Assembly: GCA_036553725.1 (NCBI GenBank) | Contig: DATBOO010000204.1 | Span: 12,565 to 76,564, forward strand | Length of the DNA stretch: 64,000 bases | Direction of reading: 5' to 3' | Source of the DNA: Acidimicrobiales bacterium | GTDB taxonomy: Bacteria; Actinomycetota; Acidimicrobiia; Acidimicrobiales; RAAP-2 | Part shown: positions 63,361 through 64,000 of the stretch, piece by piece | Layout: every line of letters begins with the position of its first letter | Numbering within the stretch: the first letter of the stretch is position 1 | The notes under the pieces: model-generated | The model's database searches: none | Seen by the model: only the letters and a program-made list of their open reading frames with translations | Told to the model about the DNA's origin: nothing | Program-made: the position numbers and the translations under genes

Positions 63361-64000
63361 TCAGGGCAGGATGCCCATGGACCGGGGTCGTCGGGGGGCG
63401 GAGTCCCGGCCCTCGGCCAAGCTCAGGCCGGCAAGGAGGGCGTTGCGTAGCTGGCGCGGATCGATGACGTCGTCATAGGAGAGGCGGGCGGCGGCGGCCA
63501 CCGATGCCCGGGCCTGCTCCGCAGCCACGCGAGCCCGCAACGCGGGATCGTCGATGGCGCTGGCGTCGGAGTCTGCCGGAAGAGCGCCCAGGGTGATCGA
63601 TGGGAAGGCCAGCGTGAGGGTCTGCCCGTCGAACGGGTTCATGGCCATGACCGAGGAGCCGAATCCGAATGCCTTTCGCAGGGTGACATGGAACTTCGGC
63701 ACGCCGAGCCTGTGCTGCACTGCGAAGAGACGGGCCGCGTGACGCAGGATGCCCTGACGCTCGGCGGCGGTGCCGGCCAGCACACCCGGGTTGTCGGCCA
63801 GAAATACACACGGCAGTCCGAAAGCGTCGGCCACATCGAGGAAATGGGCGGCCTTGTCAGCGGCATCACTGTCAATCGTTCCGGCCAGCACGCTCGGGTC
63901 GTTCGCCACGATGGCGACGCTGTGGCCACCGATGTGTGCCAGGGCGGTGACGATCGAACTTCCGAAATCAGGCTGGACATCGAGCAGGTCGCTGCCATCG
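63361..64000 (-). CDS. Acyl-CoA carboxylase carboxyltransferase (beta) subunit, C-terminal part; gene continues beyond the window
   Basis: VAIVANDPSVLAGTIDSDAADKAAHFLDVADAFGLPCVFLADNPG and RKAFGFGSSVMA are typical PccB/AccD blocks. The frame is open to nt 64000. Confidence 0.85.
   Translation of the reverse strand, partial: DGSDLLDVQPDFGSSIVTALAHIGGHSVAIVANDPSVLAGTIDSDAADKAAHFLDVADAFGLPCVFLADNPGVLAGTAAERQGILRHAARLFAVQHRLGVPKFHVTLRKAFGFGSSVMAMNPFDGQTLTLAFPSITLGALPADSDASAIDDPALRARVAAEQARASVAAAARLSYDDVIDPRQLRNALLAGLSLAEGRDSAPRRPRSMGILP

Overview
High-GC (roughly 70% by eye, not computed) Actinomycetota-type chromosomal DNA, densely coding on both strands. I call about 52 protein genes and see no rRNA, tRNA, CRISPR array, transposase or integrase. 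Content: a LIV-type ABC importer with an unusual MFS-NBD-NBD fusion; two paralogous GH29 alpha-L-fucosidases; a secreted GH31 with an inserted CBM; GH4 plus a sugar kinase; a GH13 alpha-glucosidase; two Cys-type sulfatases; a polar amino-acid ABC importer. Regulators are Crp/Fnr, TetR and MarR. There is a small cyclic-nucleotide neighbourhood (stand-alone EAL, patatin lipase, Crp, cNMP-binding-only protein). Redox and tailoring enzymes include a P450, BVMO, ABM, F420-LLM, nitroreductase, SDR and NMO. Envelope proteins include LCP, RodZ-like, CtaG-like and an FG-GAP propeller protein. Many very long ORFs in the supplied track are antisense shadows typical of high-GC DNA and were discarded or trimmed. 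I do not see a recognisable defence island, BGC core enzyme or mobile element. The most unusual items are: two domain fusions (MFS+LivF+LivG; DHA2-MFS+MarR-like); the cNMP/patatin cluster with a 0.5-kb non-coding gap holding a perfect C-loop hairpin; a VOC gene with a compensated frameshift pair; and a propeller protein ending in three 126-bp tandem repeats. Start codons are best guesses from SD-like motifs and family expectations. No database searches or computations were run.
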